Assembly: GCA_963702435.1 (NCBI GenBank)
Contig: CAVPCR010000002.1
Span: 352,001-416,000, forward strand
Direction: 5' to 3'
Length of the DNA stretch: 64,000 nucleotides
Source of the DNA: Candidatus Eiseniibacteriota bacterium
GTDB taxonomy: Bacteria > Eisenbacteria > RBG-16-71-46 > CAVPCR01
Position numbers and translations under genes: made by a program. This document shows, piece by piece, positions 10,371 to 20,657 of this stretch. Numbering within the stretch: the first letter of the stretch is position 1; every line of letters begins with the position of its first letter. A model generated the notes under the pieces. That model searched no databases. It saw only the letters and a list, made by a program, of their open reading frames with translations, and was not told the DNA's origin.

Positions 10371-10376
10371 ATTATA
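10371..10376 (-). promoter_or_regulatory. Candidate sigma70 -10 box (TATAAT) for the moxR-bat operon
   Basis: Perfect TATAAT on the minus strand in very GC-rich intergenic DNA, about 115 bp upstream of moxR; no convincing -35. Confidence 0.5.
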
Positions 10377-10445
10377 CATACCCCGGGGCGGCCCCCGCGG
10401 GCGAAGTCTCTTGACCGGGGCTCTCCCCCCGGTGACCCTCTGCCC

Positions 10446-11858
10446 ATGTCGACACCCGCCCGGACGGTCCTCGCCGGCACCGCCCTCGTCCTCCTCGCGC
10501 TCGCCGCCGCCGAGGCCGGGGACGTGAACGAGGAGACGGTCGTGGTCGAGCTGGGACCGCAAGTCCTCACCGCCGCCGACATTCTCGCGCACGCGGATCG
10601 GCTCGCGCCGGCGGCGCCGAGCGGGGATCCGCTCGCCGACGGCAAGAAGCTGATCGAACCCGTCGTTCAAGCGCGACTCCTCGTCATCGAGGCGGTCGCG
10701 CGCGGCTACGACGATGAGCGGCTCCGCCGCCAGCTCGATCGCCTCGAACGCGACCGCCTGGTCGCCGCCCTCGAGGAGGTCGAGATCAGGGACCGTCTCG
10801 TCCTCGACGAGGCGGCCGTGGCCACGGCGGTCGAGCGCCGGTCGCGCGTGCTCCATCTCCACTACCTCGCGACGGCGACGCGCGCGGGCGCCGATTCGCT
10901 CCTCGACCGGATCCGGGCCGGCGAGAGCTTCGCCGACCTCGCGCGCGCCCACTCGATCGACACGCGCACGAGCGCGGCGGGTGGCGCGCTCGACCCGGTC
11001 ACCTGGGGGACGCTGCCGCCGGCGCTCGAGGAGGTCGCCTACGCGCTCACGCCCGGCGCGCTCGGCGGCCCCTTCGCCTACGGCGACCGCTGGCACGTGG
11101 TGCGCCTCGATTCAGTCACGCCGGATCCGGCCCCGCGCGATTCGCTCGAGACCCTGGTCCGGGAGACCCTGCGCGATGCCCGGTTCAGCCGGGGACAGGT
11201 CGCCTTCCTCGCCGCCATGAAGGACAGCCTCCACTACGCGGTGGACGACTCGGTGGTTCGGGTCTTCCTCGACCGGATGGCGGCCTGGGTGGCCGCGGGG
11301 GCTCCCGACTCCGCCCGCACCCCGGGCGCGGACCGCTTCGGGTTCGGCGCGGGCGAGCGCGCGCTCGCGATCTTCACCTATGACGGCGGGGCGTTCACGA
11401 TCGGCGACTACGCGGACTACATGGCCGGGGAGCCCGGTGCGAACGTGCGGCCGCGGGCCGAGCGAGGCCGGGTGGACCGGGACCTCGACCAGTACTTCCG
11501 CCACCATGCCTATGCCGACCTCGCGCGCGAGCGCGGCTATCTCGAGCTCACCGGCTTCGCGCGCGAGCGAGCGCGGCTCCGCGAGCGGGTCCTGATCCAG
11601 CGGATGTACGAGGCGGAGGTGGCGCTGCCGGCGCCGCCCGACTCGACGGCGCTCCGCGCGTTCTACGAGGCACATCCAGAACGCTACAGGGGGAGCGCCG
11701 GCGGTGCGCCGGCGCCGTTCCCCGCGGTCGAGGCGGATGTTCGCCGGGACTGGGTGGCGACCCGCGAGGAAGAGCGCTATGCCGACCTCATCGCCGAGCT
11801 GAAACGCCGCTACCCGATCGTCTACCACGACCAGGCGCTCCTCCGGCTCCCGCTCTGA
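10446..11858 (+). CDS. Exported PpiC/parvulin-type peptidyl-prolyl isomerase (SurA/PrsA-like)
   Basis: Signal peptide; GESFADLARAHSID...GGAL...LEEVAYAL...GPF...WHVVRL parvulin pattern. Confidence 0.8.
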   Translation: MSTPARTVLAGTALVLLALAAAEAGDVNEETVVVELGPQVLTAADILAHADRLAPAAPSGDPLADGKKLIEPVVQARLLVIEAVARGYDDERLRRQLDRLERDRLVAALEEVEIRDRLVLDEAAVATAVERRSRVLHLHYLATATRAGADSLLDRIRAGESFADLARAHSIDTRTSAAGGALDPVTWGTLPPALEEVAYALTPGALGGPFAYGDRWHVVRLDSVTPDPAPRDSLETLVRETLRDARFSRGQVAFLAAMKDSLHYAVDDSVVRVFLDRMAAWVAAGAPDSARTPGADRFGFGAGERALAIFTYDGGAFTIGDYADYMAGEPGANVRPRAERGRVDRDLDQYFRHHAYADLARERGYLELTGFARERARLRERVLIQRMYEAEVALPAPPDSTALRAFYEAHPERYRGSAGGAPAPFPAVEADVRRDWVATREEERYADLIAELKRRYPIVYHDQALLRLPL

Positions 11859-11919
11859 CGCGCGCGGCGGCCGCCATCACGCGCGCGGCGCCGCCAGCAC
11901 GCGCGCGGCGGCCGCCTGC
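11858..11919. repeat. Three tandem 20-21 bp GC-rich direct repeats
   Basis: acgcgcgcggcg(g)ccgcc starts at 11858, 11879 and 11899. Confidence 0.75.
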
Positions 11920-11926
11920 CCAAGCA

Positions 11927-11956
11927 CGAAGCGCGGGCCGCTTGGCCCGCGCTTCG
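11927..11956. terminator. Hairpin between convergent ppiC and tad genes (probable terminator)
   Basis: Perfect 13-bp stem cgaagcgcgggcc / ggcccgcgcttcg with a 4-nt loop. Confidence 0.6.
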
Positions 11957-12087
11957 CTTGTTCGCGCCCGCCCCGGCGCGCCGGCGCCGGGGACGGGGTC
12001 ACCTGGGGTTGGGACCGGCCAGACGCCGCGCGGGACGCGCGGCCGACCGGCCCACCCCGTGTTCTCATGCGCCGCCGTGCGCGGCGT

Positions 12088-12318
12088 CTACTCGACGAGA
12101 CGGAAGCCGTAGAGGAGGCCACGTTGCCTCGGATCGCACGCCTGGCCGGTCGTCCCCAGATCCAGGAGGCGGCCGGCTACGCCGATCCCGCAACCGAGTT
12201 GGTCACCCCGCATGCTGATGCAGACCCGCGGGCGAGCGCGATCAGCACGATGACCGCACCACGCTCGCGCCGGTGGCCTGAGCGCCGTCGGTGCCTGCTC
12301 CGAAGTGCGTTCGTTCAT
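12088..12318 (-). pseudogene. Remnant of a TadG-like pseudopilin (frameshifted, apparently internally deleted)
   Basis: GAGGT RBS + ATG 12318. The +1 frame reads TNALRSRHRRRSGHRRERG-AVIVLIALA (Tad prepilin-like leader) and then stops; the ATG frame ends GLLYGFRLVE*, resembling TadG C-termini. Located right after tadE. Confidence 0.55.
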
Positions 12319-12353
12319 TGCGACCTCGTCGTCCACGGCCCTGACCGCCGGCT

Positions 12354-12788
12354 TCAGAGCGTCTCGCGGCGCATGACCGCCACGCCGCGCAGGGTGATCG
12401 TCCCGGCGAAGGAGTCGAGGATCGTGCCCGCGAGCACATCGAAGTCGCTGCGCACGGTGACCCGCACAGTCCGCTCGGCCTTGCCGAGCGGGCCCTCGAC
12501 CGTGATCCCGCTCGGAGTCACCGCCGCCGCCGTGAGCACCTCGTTGACCCGGGTCGTGACCAGGGCGACATCGGGGGCCGTGACCGCCGCGATCCGCGCC
12601 CCCTCCCGCGCCGCGGCGTTCAGGGTCGCCGTGGTCGCGATCGCCCGCCCCACCTCTGTGATGCCGAAGAGCACGAGGAGAAGGAGCGGCAAGAGGAGCG
12701 CCATCTCGATCATGGCGCTGCCGCTCGTGCCGCAGGCGCGGCGCGGGCCGCCGTCGAGTCGAGTAGGCCTCTGCATCGGAACGTCCAT
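12354..12788 (-). CDS. tadE: TadE-like pseudopilin
   Basis: G-SAMIEMALLLPLLLLVLFGITEVG...AAREGAR TadE signature. Confidence 0.9.
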   Translation of the reverse strand: MDVPMQRPTRLDGGPRRACGTSGSAMIEMALLLPLLLLVLFGITEVGRAIATTATLNAAAREGARIAAVTAPDVALVTTRVNEVLTAAAVTPSGITVEGPLGKAERTVRVTVRSDFDVLAGTILDSFAGTITLRGVAVMRRETL

Positions 12789-12854
12789 CACCGGCGGGGT
12801 TGCCCCGGACTGTCACCCGCCCGTGCCGCCCGCGCGCGGATGCTGCGGCAACGG

Positions 12855-13775
12855 CTACCGCTCGACCACCTCGCGGAGCGTGTTCCAGAGCCGAATGCCG
12901 GCCGGCCCCAGGATCACGACCAGGAGCTCGGGGAAGATGAAGAAGACCAGCGGGAAGATGAGCTTGATCGTCGCCGCCCGCGCCTTCTCCTCGGCCCGCT
13001 GCCGCCGCTTCTGGCGCAGCGAATCCGCGTGCACCCGGAGCGAGCGCGCGATCGAGCTACCCAGCCGATCGGTCTGCACGAACATGGCGACCAGCGACTG
13101 GAGGTCCGGGAGGGGCACGCGCCCGGCGAAGCTGCGGAGCGCCACGTTCCGCGGCACGCCGGCCCGCATCTCCTGGTTCAAGAGGGCGAGCTCCTCGGAG
13201 AGTGGCGGGCAGTTCCAGCGGATCTCGCGCCCCACGCGCACGAGCGCGGCGTTCAGGCCGAGCCCTGCCTCGACGCAGACGACGAGGAGATCGAGCGCAT
13301 CGGGCAACGCAAGGCGGATCGCATCGCGCCGGCGCGACGCCTTGGCCCACACCCAGATGGACGGCGCCTGGAACCCGACGACGCCGCCGATGAGCGCACA
13401 GAGCGCCTGCTGCGACGACGTGTAATGCAGGACCACGCCCGCCTCGTAGCCGAGGAGAGCGGCCACCGCCGCGCCTACGACCTTGCTGCCGATGAACGCG
13501 GGGACCGTGTCGTGACCGTAGAGCCCCGCGCCGGCCAGTTGCTCGCGGAGGCCGCGCCCCTTGAGCGAGCCCGGCGCGAGCGTCGCGGCGAACACCAGGA
13601 TGCGCGTGAGCGGGCCCGCCTTCGGGGCGGCCGCCACCGCGGCGCTCTCCCCCGGGGCCAGCTCGCGCAGACGGCGTTCGACGACCTCGCTCCGCCGCGA
13701 GGCCATCGCGTAGTAGGCGAGCGCGGCAAGGACGCAGGCAGCGCCCATGAAGGTCAGGCTGAAGATCAGATTCAT
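12855..13775 (-). CDS. tadC: Tad inner-membrane platform protein TadC
   Basis: LPDALDLLVVCVEAGLGLNAAL, KLIFPLVFFIFP (T2SSF-like). Confidence 0.92.
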   Translation of the reverse strand: MNLIFSLTFMGAACVLAALAYYAMASRRSEVVERRLRELAPGESAAVAAAPKAGPLTRILVFAATLAPGSLKGRGLREQLAGAGLYGHDTVPAFIGSKVVGAAVAALLGYEAGVVLHYTSSQQALCALIGGVVGFQAPSIWVWAKASRRRDAIRLALPDALDLLVVCVEAGLGLNAALVRVGREIRWNCPPLSEELALLNQEMRAGVPRNVALRSFAGRVPLPDLQSLVAMFVQTDRLGSSIARSLRVHADSLRQKRRQRAEEKARAATIKLIFPLVFFIFPELLVVILGPAGIRLWNTLREVVER

Positions 13776-13798
13776 CGTTCGCTCTCCCACCCCACCGG

Positions 13799-14758
13799 CT
13801 AGACCTTGAAGTTCACGATCTTCCTGATGGTGAGAAACCCAATGACCTGGAGCGCCACCGCCACCGTGATGAGGACCGAGCCGAACGGATCGTTGAACAG
13901 GTCATCCATGTACCCGGGGCTGATGATCGAGATGATGATGCCGAGAAAGATGGGCAGGAGGGCCAGGATGAAGCCGGAGAGCCGCCCCTGCGCCGTGAAG
14001 GTCCGGACGTCGCCCAGGATGCGGAAGCGGTCGCGGATGACGTAGGCGATCTTCTCCAGCACCTCGGCCAGGTTGCCGCCGGTGTCGCGCTGGATCATCA
14101 CTGCGGTTGCGAAGATCGCAGCGTCGGTCGAGGTGTTGCGGTCGGCGAAGTTGAGCATCGCCTGGCGGATGTCGAGACCGAGCTTCTGCTCTTCGAAGAG
14201 GATGCGGAACTCGGTGGCTACCGGCTCCGGCGCCTCCTCGGCCACCATCTGAATGGCGCCGCCGAGGGCGAAGCCGGCGCGCAGCGCGTTCACGATCATG
14301 TCCAGCGCGTCGGGGAACTGCTCGCTGAAGAGCTTCATCCGCCGCGACCGCTTCGAGAGCACGACCACGAGCGGGATCAGACCGGCGCCGGTGAAGATGA
14401 GCAGCGCGAGCGCCGCCTCGTGCAGGAGGAGCATGGCCGCGTAGCCGGCCACCGTCCCCGCGACGAGGCTCAGGAAGAAGAAGTTGCTGACCTTGAGCGA
14501 CATGCCGGCCTGGGCGAGCAGCTGCTCCACCTTGCGCGCCATGTGCAGCTGGCTCAAAACGCGGTTGACGGGCCCGATCGAGCTCATCCGCTCCTGGCGG
14601 AAGATGGTCGCGTCGAGGGCGTCGGCCGGCGCCACGTCCCCGCCTAGCCGGCGGCGGATCGCCTCCTCGCGCGTGTTCTTGCCGAGCGCGGAGAAGGCGA
14701 CCACCAGGAAGACGATGGCCAGAAAGACAAGCGTCCCGGTCAGGATGACCAACATCAC
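13799..14758 (-). CDS. tadB: Tad inner-membrane platform protein TadB
   Basis: QFPDALDMIVNALRAG, QRDTGGNLAEVL, TAQGRLSG; GTGA overlap with tadA. Confidence 0.92.
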   Translation of the reverse strand: MMLVILTGTLVFLAIVFLVVAFSALGKNTREEAIRRRLGGDVAPADALDATIFRQERMSSIGPVNRVLSQLHMARKVEQLLAQAGMSLKVSNFFFLSLVAGTVAGYAAMLLLHEAALALLIFTGAGLIPLVVVLSKRSRRMKLFSEQFPDALDMIVNALRAGFALGGAIQMVAEEAPEPVATEFRILFEEQKLGLDIRQAMLNFADRNTSTDAAIFATAVMIQRDTGGNLAEVLEKIAYVIRDRFRILGDVRTFTAQGRLSGFILALLPIFLGIIISIISPGYMDDLFNDPFGSVLITVAVALQVIGFLTIRKIVNFKV

Positions 14759-16161
14759 CCGATCTCCCCGTGATAGGCGAAGGTCGCGGCGTCGAGCCGC
14801 ACCCCGGCGGTCTTGAGCCGCTCCATGAGCACCGGCCGCACGCCGAGCGCCACATGCCGCCCGATCACCTTGCCATCCTCGCCGATCCCTTGCTTGTGGA
14901 AGCCGAAGATGTCCTGCGTGGTCACCACGTCGCCCTCCATGCCCACCACCTCGCTGATGTTGGTGACCCGGCGGGTGCCGTCCGAGAGGCGGCTCACGTG
15001 AATCAGAAGCTCGAGGGCGGAAGCCACCTGCTCGCGAATGGCGCGATCCGGGATCTGGAAGCCGGAGAGCATGACGAGTGTCTCCAGCCGGGAGAGAGCA
15101 TCACGGGTCGAGTTGGCATGGAGGGTGGTGATCGACCCGTCGTGGCCCGTGTTCATCGCCTGCATCATGTCGAGCGCCTCGTCGCCGCGCACCTCGCCGA
15201 CGATGATGCGGTCGGGGCGCATGCGGAGGGCGTTGCGCACCAGGTCGCGCTGGGTCACCCGCCCCTGCCCCTCGATGTTCGGCGGGCGGGTCTCCAGCCG
15301 GACGACGTGCGGTTGCAGGAGCTGGAGCTCGGCCGAGTCCTCGATGGTGACGATACGCTCGTCGGACGGCACGTAGGCCGACAAGGCGTTCAGGAGCGTG
15401 GTCTTCCCGGAGCCCGTGCCGCCCGAGATCAGGATGTTGACCCGGGCCCGCACCGCCCCCTCGATGAACTCCGCCATCGCCGGGGTCATGGTGCCGAACT
15501 CGAGGAGATTCTGCATGTCGAAGGTGCGGGTGCCGAAACGGCGGATCGAGAGCATGGGACCGTCGAGCGCGAGGGGCGGGATGATCGCGTTCACGCGCGA
15601 GCCGTCCTCGAGGCGGGCGTCCACCATCGGCGAGGCCTCGTCGATGTGGCGGCCCACCTGGGACACGATGCGCTCGATGATCTGCATCACGTGCTGGTCG
15701 TCGCGGAACGTGGTCTCGGTGAGCTCGAGCTTGCCGCTCCGTTCGATGTAGACCTGCTTCGGCCCGTTGACCAGGATGTCCGATATGTGCGGATCGCGCA
15801 CGTAGGTCTGGATCGGACCGAGCCCCAGCATCTCGTCCTCGATGCTCTCGAGGATCTGGGCGCGCGTCGAGTCGTTGAGATCGAGGTTCATCTCGTTGAT
15901 GAGGACCTCGACCACGTGGCGGATTTGCCGGCGGAGGTCGTCCTTCGACATCTCTCCCACGCGGAGGAAGTTGAGCCGCTCGAGGATGGCGCCGCGCAGC
16001 CGCTCGAGGAGCGGGTCGAACACCGCCATCTTCTCGCGCTCGCGGGCCGCATCGCGCCCCCGATCCCGGTCCTTGTTCACCGCGAGCGCGCTCTCGGTCG
16101 CTGCCGGCTTCTCTTCGGGACGCGGCTTGCCGCGCAACGCTAGTCGATCCTTGAGAGCCAT
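14755..16161 (-). CDS. tadA: Tad pilus assembly ATPase TadA/CpaF
   Basis: [46 protein letters not shown]. Confidence 0.96.
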   Translation of the reverse strand: MALKDRLALRGKPRPEEKPAATESALAVNKDRDRGRDAAREREKMAVFDPLLERLRGAILERLNFLRVGEMSKDDLRRQIRHVVEVLINEMNLDLNDSTRAQILESIEDEMLGLGPIQTYVRDPHISDILVNGPKQVYIERSGKLELTETTFRDDQHVMQIIERIVSQVGRHIDEASPMVDARLEDGSRVNAIIPPLALDGPMLSIRRFGTRTFDMQNLLEFGTMTPAMAEFIEGAVRARVNILISGGTGSGKTTLLNALSAYVPSDERIVTIEDSAELQLLQPHVVRLETRPPNIEGQGRVTQRDLVRNALRMRPDRIIVGEVRGDEALDMMQAMNTGHDGSITTLHANSTRDALSRLETLVMLSGFQIPDRAIREQVASALELLIHVSRLSDGTRRVTNISEVVGMEGDVVTTQDIFGFHKQGIGEDGKVIGRHVALGVRPVLMERLKTAGVRLDAATFAYHGEIG

Positions 16162-16164
16162 GTC

Positions 16165-17484
16165 TTACTCCCTTCCCTTGGTCCCGGTGGGGCCGAAGGC
16201 CGAGATGATGCGGCGGAAGCCGCCCGTGCGCTCCTCGCTCCGCGCGTCGGCCGCGACGTCGCTCGTGCCCACCGCGGGCTCGGCGGTCGCCGTGCCCGCG
16301 GTCCAGGCCGCCGCCGATGCGGCGCCGAGGCGCACGCCGGTACGGCCGGCTGGAGCGGCTGCGGCGATCGCCCGCGCCATGGCGACCAGATCGTTCGCCG
16401 CGCGGCTCTTCCGCTTGCCCTCGACGATCGGCACGCCGGTGTCGATGGCGTCAATCGCCGACGGGTAGTCGTTGACCACATGGAACCCGAGCTTCTGGCC
16501 GAGGCTGCGCTCGACGTCCTCAGGAGTGACCCCCTCGCCCTTCGACACCCGGTTGGCCACGAGCTTGATGCGGCCGTCCTGGTAGCCGAGGCGGCCGAGG
16601 AGATCGATGGCCCGGCCGGCGTTGCGGAGCGCCGCCACGTTGAGCTGGGTGACAAGCAGGATGCGGTCGGCGCGATCGAGCAACTCGATCCGCCGCTCGT
16701 CGAGCCCGTGCCCGGCGTCCACCACCACCTGGCGGAAGGCCGCGCGGCAGAGGTTCAGGACCTTGCCGATGTCCTCGGGCAGGATCTCCTCGAGTTCCTC
16801 GAGCTTCTGCGGCCCGGCCAGCATGTAGAGCCCGGTGCGGTGTCGCGGCATGAACTGCCGGAGGCTGTCCGCATCGAGCCCTTCGGTCGCCCTCCGCAGG
16901 TCGAGGTAGGTGCGCTCCGGCGCCACATCGAGGAAGCAGGGCACCGAGCCCATGTCGAAGTCGAAGTCGATGAGGACGATGGGGCCGAGATCGCCGGCGG
17001 CGGCCATGGCCACCGCCACGTTGGTGGCGATCGTGGTCGTGCCGACGCCGCCGCTCACGCCGAGCACGACGCTCACCTGCCCACGCGCGCCCTGCGCCTT
17101 GAGCCGCTGGGCCTTCTGCTGCACGGCGTGTTCGAGCGCCTGCTGCAGCTGGCAGGGATCGAGCGGGCGGGCGATCAGATCCTGGGCCCCGGCCCGCATC
17201 GCGCGCCGCATGACCTCCGGGCGGATGGCCAGGGTGGTCATCACCACCGCGGCGTCCGGCTGCTCGACGCGGAGCCACTCGGCGAGCGCGAAGGCGTCCT
17301 CGGCGCGCTCGCCGAGCTCGAGAAGGATCATGTCCGGGCGCCGCTCGGTGGCGAGCCGCCGTCCGCTCGCCGCGTCCCGGGCCTCGCCTGCCACCTCGAC
17401 CTCGCTGTGCCCCTGGACCATGCTGCGGATGGACTGCCGCACAGTCTCGTCGGCGTCGATGATGAGGACTTTCAGATCCACCAT
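16165..17484 (-). CDS. cpaE: TadZ/CpaE: receiver domain + MinD/ParA-like ATPase
   Basis: N-terminal REC-like domain with atypical LLEL at the phospho-Asp position, deviant Walker A GVSGGVGTTT, AIDTGVP near the C-terminus. Confidence 0.88.
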   Translation of the reverse strand: MVDLKVLIIDADETVRQSIRSMVQGHSEVEVAGEARDAASGRRLATERRPDMILLELGERAEDAFALAEWLRVEQPDAAVVMTTLAIRPEVMRRAMRAGAQDLIARPLDPCQLQQALEHAVQQKAQRLKAQGARGQVSVVLGVSGGVGTTTIATNVAVAMAAAGDLGPIVLIDFDFDMGSVPCFLDVAPERTYLDLRRATEGLDADSLRQFMPRHRTGLYMLAGPQKLEELEEILPEDIGKVLNLCRAAFRQVVVDAGHGLDERRIELLDRADRILLVTQLNVAALRNAGRAIDLLGRLGYQDGRIKLVANRVSKGEGVTPEDVERSLGQKLGFHVVNDYPSAIDAIDTGVPIVEGKRKSRAANDLVAMARAIAAAAPAGRTGVRLGAASAAAWTAGTATAEPAVGTSDVAADARSEERTGGFRRIISAFGPTGTKGRE

Positions 17485-17525
17485 GGCACCTCGACCCTTC
17501 CCGTGGTTGCTCCGGCCCTACGGCC

Positions 17526-18680
17526 TTAGCCCTTCTCTCCGTCCTTGTCGCACGGCAGCGGCGGCAGATCCTTGCACGGGAACTCCGGCTCCTGGCTCTG
17601 CAGGAGCGGCTTCACGATCTTCGGCGACACGACGATCATGAGCTCGGTCGTCTCCGTCTGATTCGAGATGCTCCGGAACAGGTAGCCGAGGAGCGGGATG
17701 TCTCCGAGGATCGGCACCTTGTCTTCGATCTTCCGCTCGGCCTGCGACTGGAGACCGCCGATCACGAAGCTCTCGTTCTCGCGGAGCTCCACCTCGGTGC
17801 CCGCCCGCCGGGTACGGAGCGCCGGCACCACATAGCCGCCGATGACGACCGCATTGGTGTAGTCGAGGATCGAGACCTCGGGCTCCACATACAGGTGGAC
17901 GAGGTTCGAGTCGACGATGGTCGGCTTGAAGTTCAGGCGGGTCCCGAACTCCTTCCACTCGACCGTCACCGTGGTCCCGCCGGCCGAGGAGGTCTGGGCC
18001 ACCGGCACCGGGAGCTCGCCGCCCGCGAGGAAGCTTGCCTCCTTGCCGTCGACGCAGATCAGATTGGGGCGGGCGAGCACATTGATGAACCCCTTCTGCT
18101 CGAGCGCGTGCAGGATCATCTCGTACTGATCGCTGCCCTTGATCCAGCGCAACACGATCTCCGAGTTGTCCGGGTACTCGGGCAGGGTGCCGGCCGAGAG
18201 CGGGATCGCCGGCTTGCCGACGTTCCCGGGATAGACCCCGGCCGCGCGGTCATCGCGCGGGCCCTCGAACGCACGGACCAGGTAGTCGATCCCGTACTCG
18301 GTGAGCTTCGAGTTGTCGATCTCGGCAACCCGCACGTTGAGCTGGACCTGCTTGGGTGCCACCCCGCGCTGGACGACGAGGTCGTAGGCGCGGTGGCTGC
18401 CGCCCTGCGTCCACACCACGAGAGAGGTTATCCCCTCCTTCTTACCGTGGATCAGGACCTGGGTCTTGGCGGCGACCACGAAGTCGGCGATCTCGGTGTC
18501 GGTGATCGACACGGTCTCGACCGGGAGGCCGAGCTCGAGGAGCAGCGACTTCTTGAGCGCAACCGTGAGCTTGTCGGGGGGTGCCCCCGCGACGACAGCA
18601 GCCTGGGCGGCGATGACCGCGCCGAGGAGGAGCGCGCAGGCGAGACGACGCACCGCGTGCGCCTTGGTCATGGTTCTCAT
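17526..18680 (-). CDS. rcpA: Tad secretin RcpA/CpaC
   Basis: Signal peptide, pilus-formation N domain, QVQLNVRVAEI, ASFLAGGELPVP, KVPILGDIPLLGYLFRS, ELMIVVSP. Confidence 0.92.
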   Translation of the reverse strand: MRTMTKAHAVRRLACALLLGAVIAAQAAVVAGAPPDKLTVALKKSLLLELGLPVETVSITDTEIADFVVAAKTQVLIHGKKEGITSLVVWTQGGSHRAYDLVVQRGVAPKQVQLNVRVAEIDNSKLTEYGIDYLVRAFEGPRDDRAAGVYPGNVGKPAIPLSAGTLPEYPDNSEIVLRWIKGSDQYEMILHALEQKGFINVLARPNLICVDGKEASFLAGGELPVPVAQTSSAGGTTVTVEWKEFGTRLNFKPTIVDSNLVHLYVEPEVSILDYTNAVVIGGYVVPALRTRRAGTEVELRENESFVIGGLQSQAERKIEDKVPILGDIPLLGYLFRSISNQTETTELMIVVSPKIVKPLLQSQEPEFPCKDLPPLPCDKDGEKG

Positions 18681-18791
18681 GAGGAGGCCCTCTGAATGCG
18701 GCGGGTGGCCGCGGTCACGATTCCTTATGACTTGAAGCATCTGCTGCAAAGCCGGCCGGCGGCTGGACGGAGCCGCCCGCCGGTATGACGG

Positions 18792-19715
18792 TCAGTCGCC
18801 CTTGACGTCCGTCTTGGGCTGCATCGCCGGTTCCTGTTCCTCGACCTTCACACCCTTGATCGAAGTCACCGTGTGCTTCTCGGTCGGCACCTTGACCTCG
18901 GCGACGGGCGCCGGCTTCGGCTCCTCGCGCTTGCGCGCGACAGGCCTCGGCTCCGGCTTGGCGGACCGATCGCCGAGCATCTCGTTCGTCGAGAGCGACT
19001 TGATCTGGGCGATCTCCTGGTCCGCCGGGTTGCGGAGCACGAGGTGGAGCTTGCCCTCGTGCAAGGCGAGAGCGAGCTTCTCGGCGCCTTCCGGATCGAC
19101 GAGCAGGGTCACCGACTGCACCTTGATCGGCTCGTCGCCCTTCTGCTCGGTCTTCTGGCCGGCCGCCAGCACCTCGATGTTCTGGAGAATGGTGCGGGTC
19201 ACCGCGTCCTTCTGCTGCTGCGAGCGGTCGATGACGACCAGCACGTCAACGCGGTCGCCGGGGAGCACGAACCCGCTCACCCCGGACGCTATGTTCACGT
19301 TCATGCTCGTGGCTCGCATGTTGACCGGGATGCGGACCGAGAGCCCGCCGCCGATCGAGGACAGCTTGATGGCGAGGACAGGTTCGCCGGCGGTGAGGAA
19401 CACCTTCGTGGTCTGCCCGATCAGCGAATCCGGACTCGAGTAGGCGCCGACCGGAATGCTCTCCTTCGGGTAGGGGACGACCTTGACATGCTCGGGGTCG
19501 ATGACCGTGCCGAAGGTGATATCCGAGGTCGCCACCACGACGGGCACCGTGGCGATGGCCTGCCCGCTCGTCGAGCCGGCCTGGCGGAGATAGATCAGGG
19601 TCGTCGCGCCGCCGAGGAGGCCAAAGAGGATGGCCAGAACCAGGGCGACGACACCACCTCTGTGGCGCACAGGAATCCTCCCGGCCGCTTCACGGCCGCG
19701 CACTCGCCCGGACAC
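18792..19715 (-). CDS. cpaB: Flp pilus assembly protein CpaB/RcpC
   Basis: TM, SAF-like domain (VVVATSDI), GVSGFVLPGDRVDVL, ILQNIEVLAAGQ, LVLRNPAD. Start uncertain. Confidence 0.92.
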   Translation of the reverse strand: MSGRVRGREAAGRIPVRHRGGVVALVLAILFGLLGGATTLIYLRQAGSTSGQAIATVPVVVATSDITFGTVIDPEHVKVVPYPKESIPVGAYSSPDSLIGQTTKVFLTAGEPVLAIKLSSIGGGLSVRIPVNMRATSMNVNIASGVSGFVLPGDRVDVLVVIDRSQQQKDAVTRTILQNIEVLAAGQKTEQKGDEPIKVQSVTLLVDPEGAEKLALALHEGKLHLVLRNPADQEIAQIKSLSTNEMLGDRSAKPEPRPVARKREEPKPAPVAEVKVPTEKHTVTSIKGVKVEEQEPAMQPKTDVKGD

Positions 19716-19891
19716 GCTGCGCGCGCCCCCGGGATCGGGGCCCCGGTTGCGCGTGCCAGATCCGGAGTCTCAACGGAGCACGCTTGCTGCGGGCTCAGGA
19801 CTCCCACGCTTTTCGCGGGCGTCCCTACCCGGTCTTTCGTGACTCGTTCGTAGTGTCGGCAGCCCCGCTCGCGTCCTTTGGCCTTTTGGGG

Positions 19892-20440
19892 TCAGAAGGG
19901 CCCGTGGCCGAGGAGACAGAGCCAGGTGCCGGCGCCGATCGCCACTCCATAGGGAATGGTGCCGAGGGCACCACGAGCTGGAGGAGCGGACTCGACGGAG
20001 GCGGGGGTCTGCCGGGAACGGATGCCGAGGACGGAGAGCGCCCGCCGGAGCGCCGCGTGCGCGACTCTCTTGTGAAGCGCCACGCCAAGCGCGATGACTC
20101 CGCCGGCGACCGCCGAGACGAGCGCGATCTCGAGAATCGACGCCGGGCCGACCAGCGTCCCGAGCGCCGCCATCAGCTTGAGATCGCCCCCGCCCATCCC
20201 GCCGAGAATGCAGGGAAGAAGGAGGAGCCCGAGACCGACCACGAGACCGGCGAGCGACCAGGCGAGACCCGCCTCCCGCTCCAACGCGAGATGACCGGCC
20301 AGCCCGAGGGCCATGCCGGTCACCGTGAGCAGATTGGGAATCCGCCGTGAGGCGAGATCCCAACCTGCCGCGATGAGCGAGAGCGCGAGGGCGCCCAGCA
20401 AGAGTGGACCGGCCGGTAGCGTGGCCGTCGCGTTGAACAA
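19892..20440 (-). CDS. tadV: A24 prepilin peptidase TadV/CpaA
   Basis: WDLASRRIPN and GMGGGDLKL catalytic Asp motifs, IPYGVAI at the C-terminus. Confidence 0.9.
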   Translation of the reverse strand: MFNATATLPAGPLLLGALALSLIAAGWDLASRRIPNLLTVTGMALGLAGHLALEREAGLAWSLAGLVVGLGLLLLPCILGGMGGGDLKLMAALGTLVGPASILEIALVSAVAGGVIALGVALHKRVAHAALRRALSVLGIRSRQTPASVESAPPARGALGTIPYGVAIGAGTWLCLLGHGPF

Positions 20441-20489
20441 GGTCGGTCCCAGGCTCCGGTATCGAGCGAGGCGTCCAGGTGGCTAGCGA

Positions 20490-20657
20490 CTAGCCACCCA
20501 GAGCGGCCTGCACGTCATTGTAGATCCCCAGGACCAGCGGGCCGATCGCCTGCAGAGCCACGATCGCCACGATCGAGATGAAAGCCGCGATGAGCGCGTA
20601 CTCGATCATGTCGTTACCTTCCTCGCGACGAAGCAGAGAGGTCATCTTGCGAAGCAT
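20490..20657 (-). CDS. flp: Flp (type IVc) major pilin, 55 aa
   Basis: Too short for the ORF track. GGAGGT RBS; MLRKMTSLLRREEG-NDMIEYALIAAFISIVAIVALQAIGPLVLGIYNDVQAALGG* carries the G-xxxxEY Flp motif. Confidence 0.93.
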   Translation of the reverse strand: MLRKMTSLLRREEGNDMIEYALIAAFISIVAIVALQAIGPLVLGIYNDVQAALGG

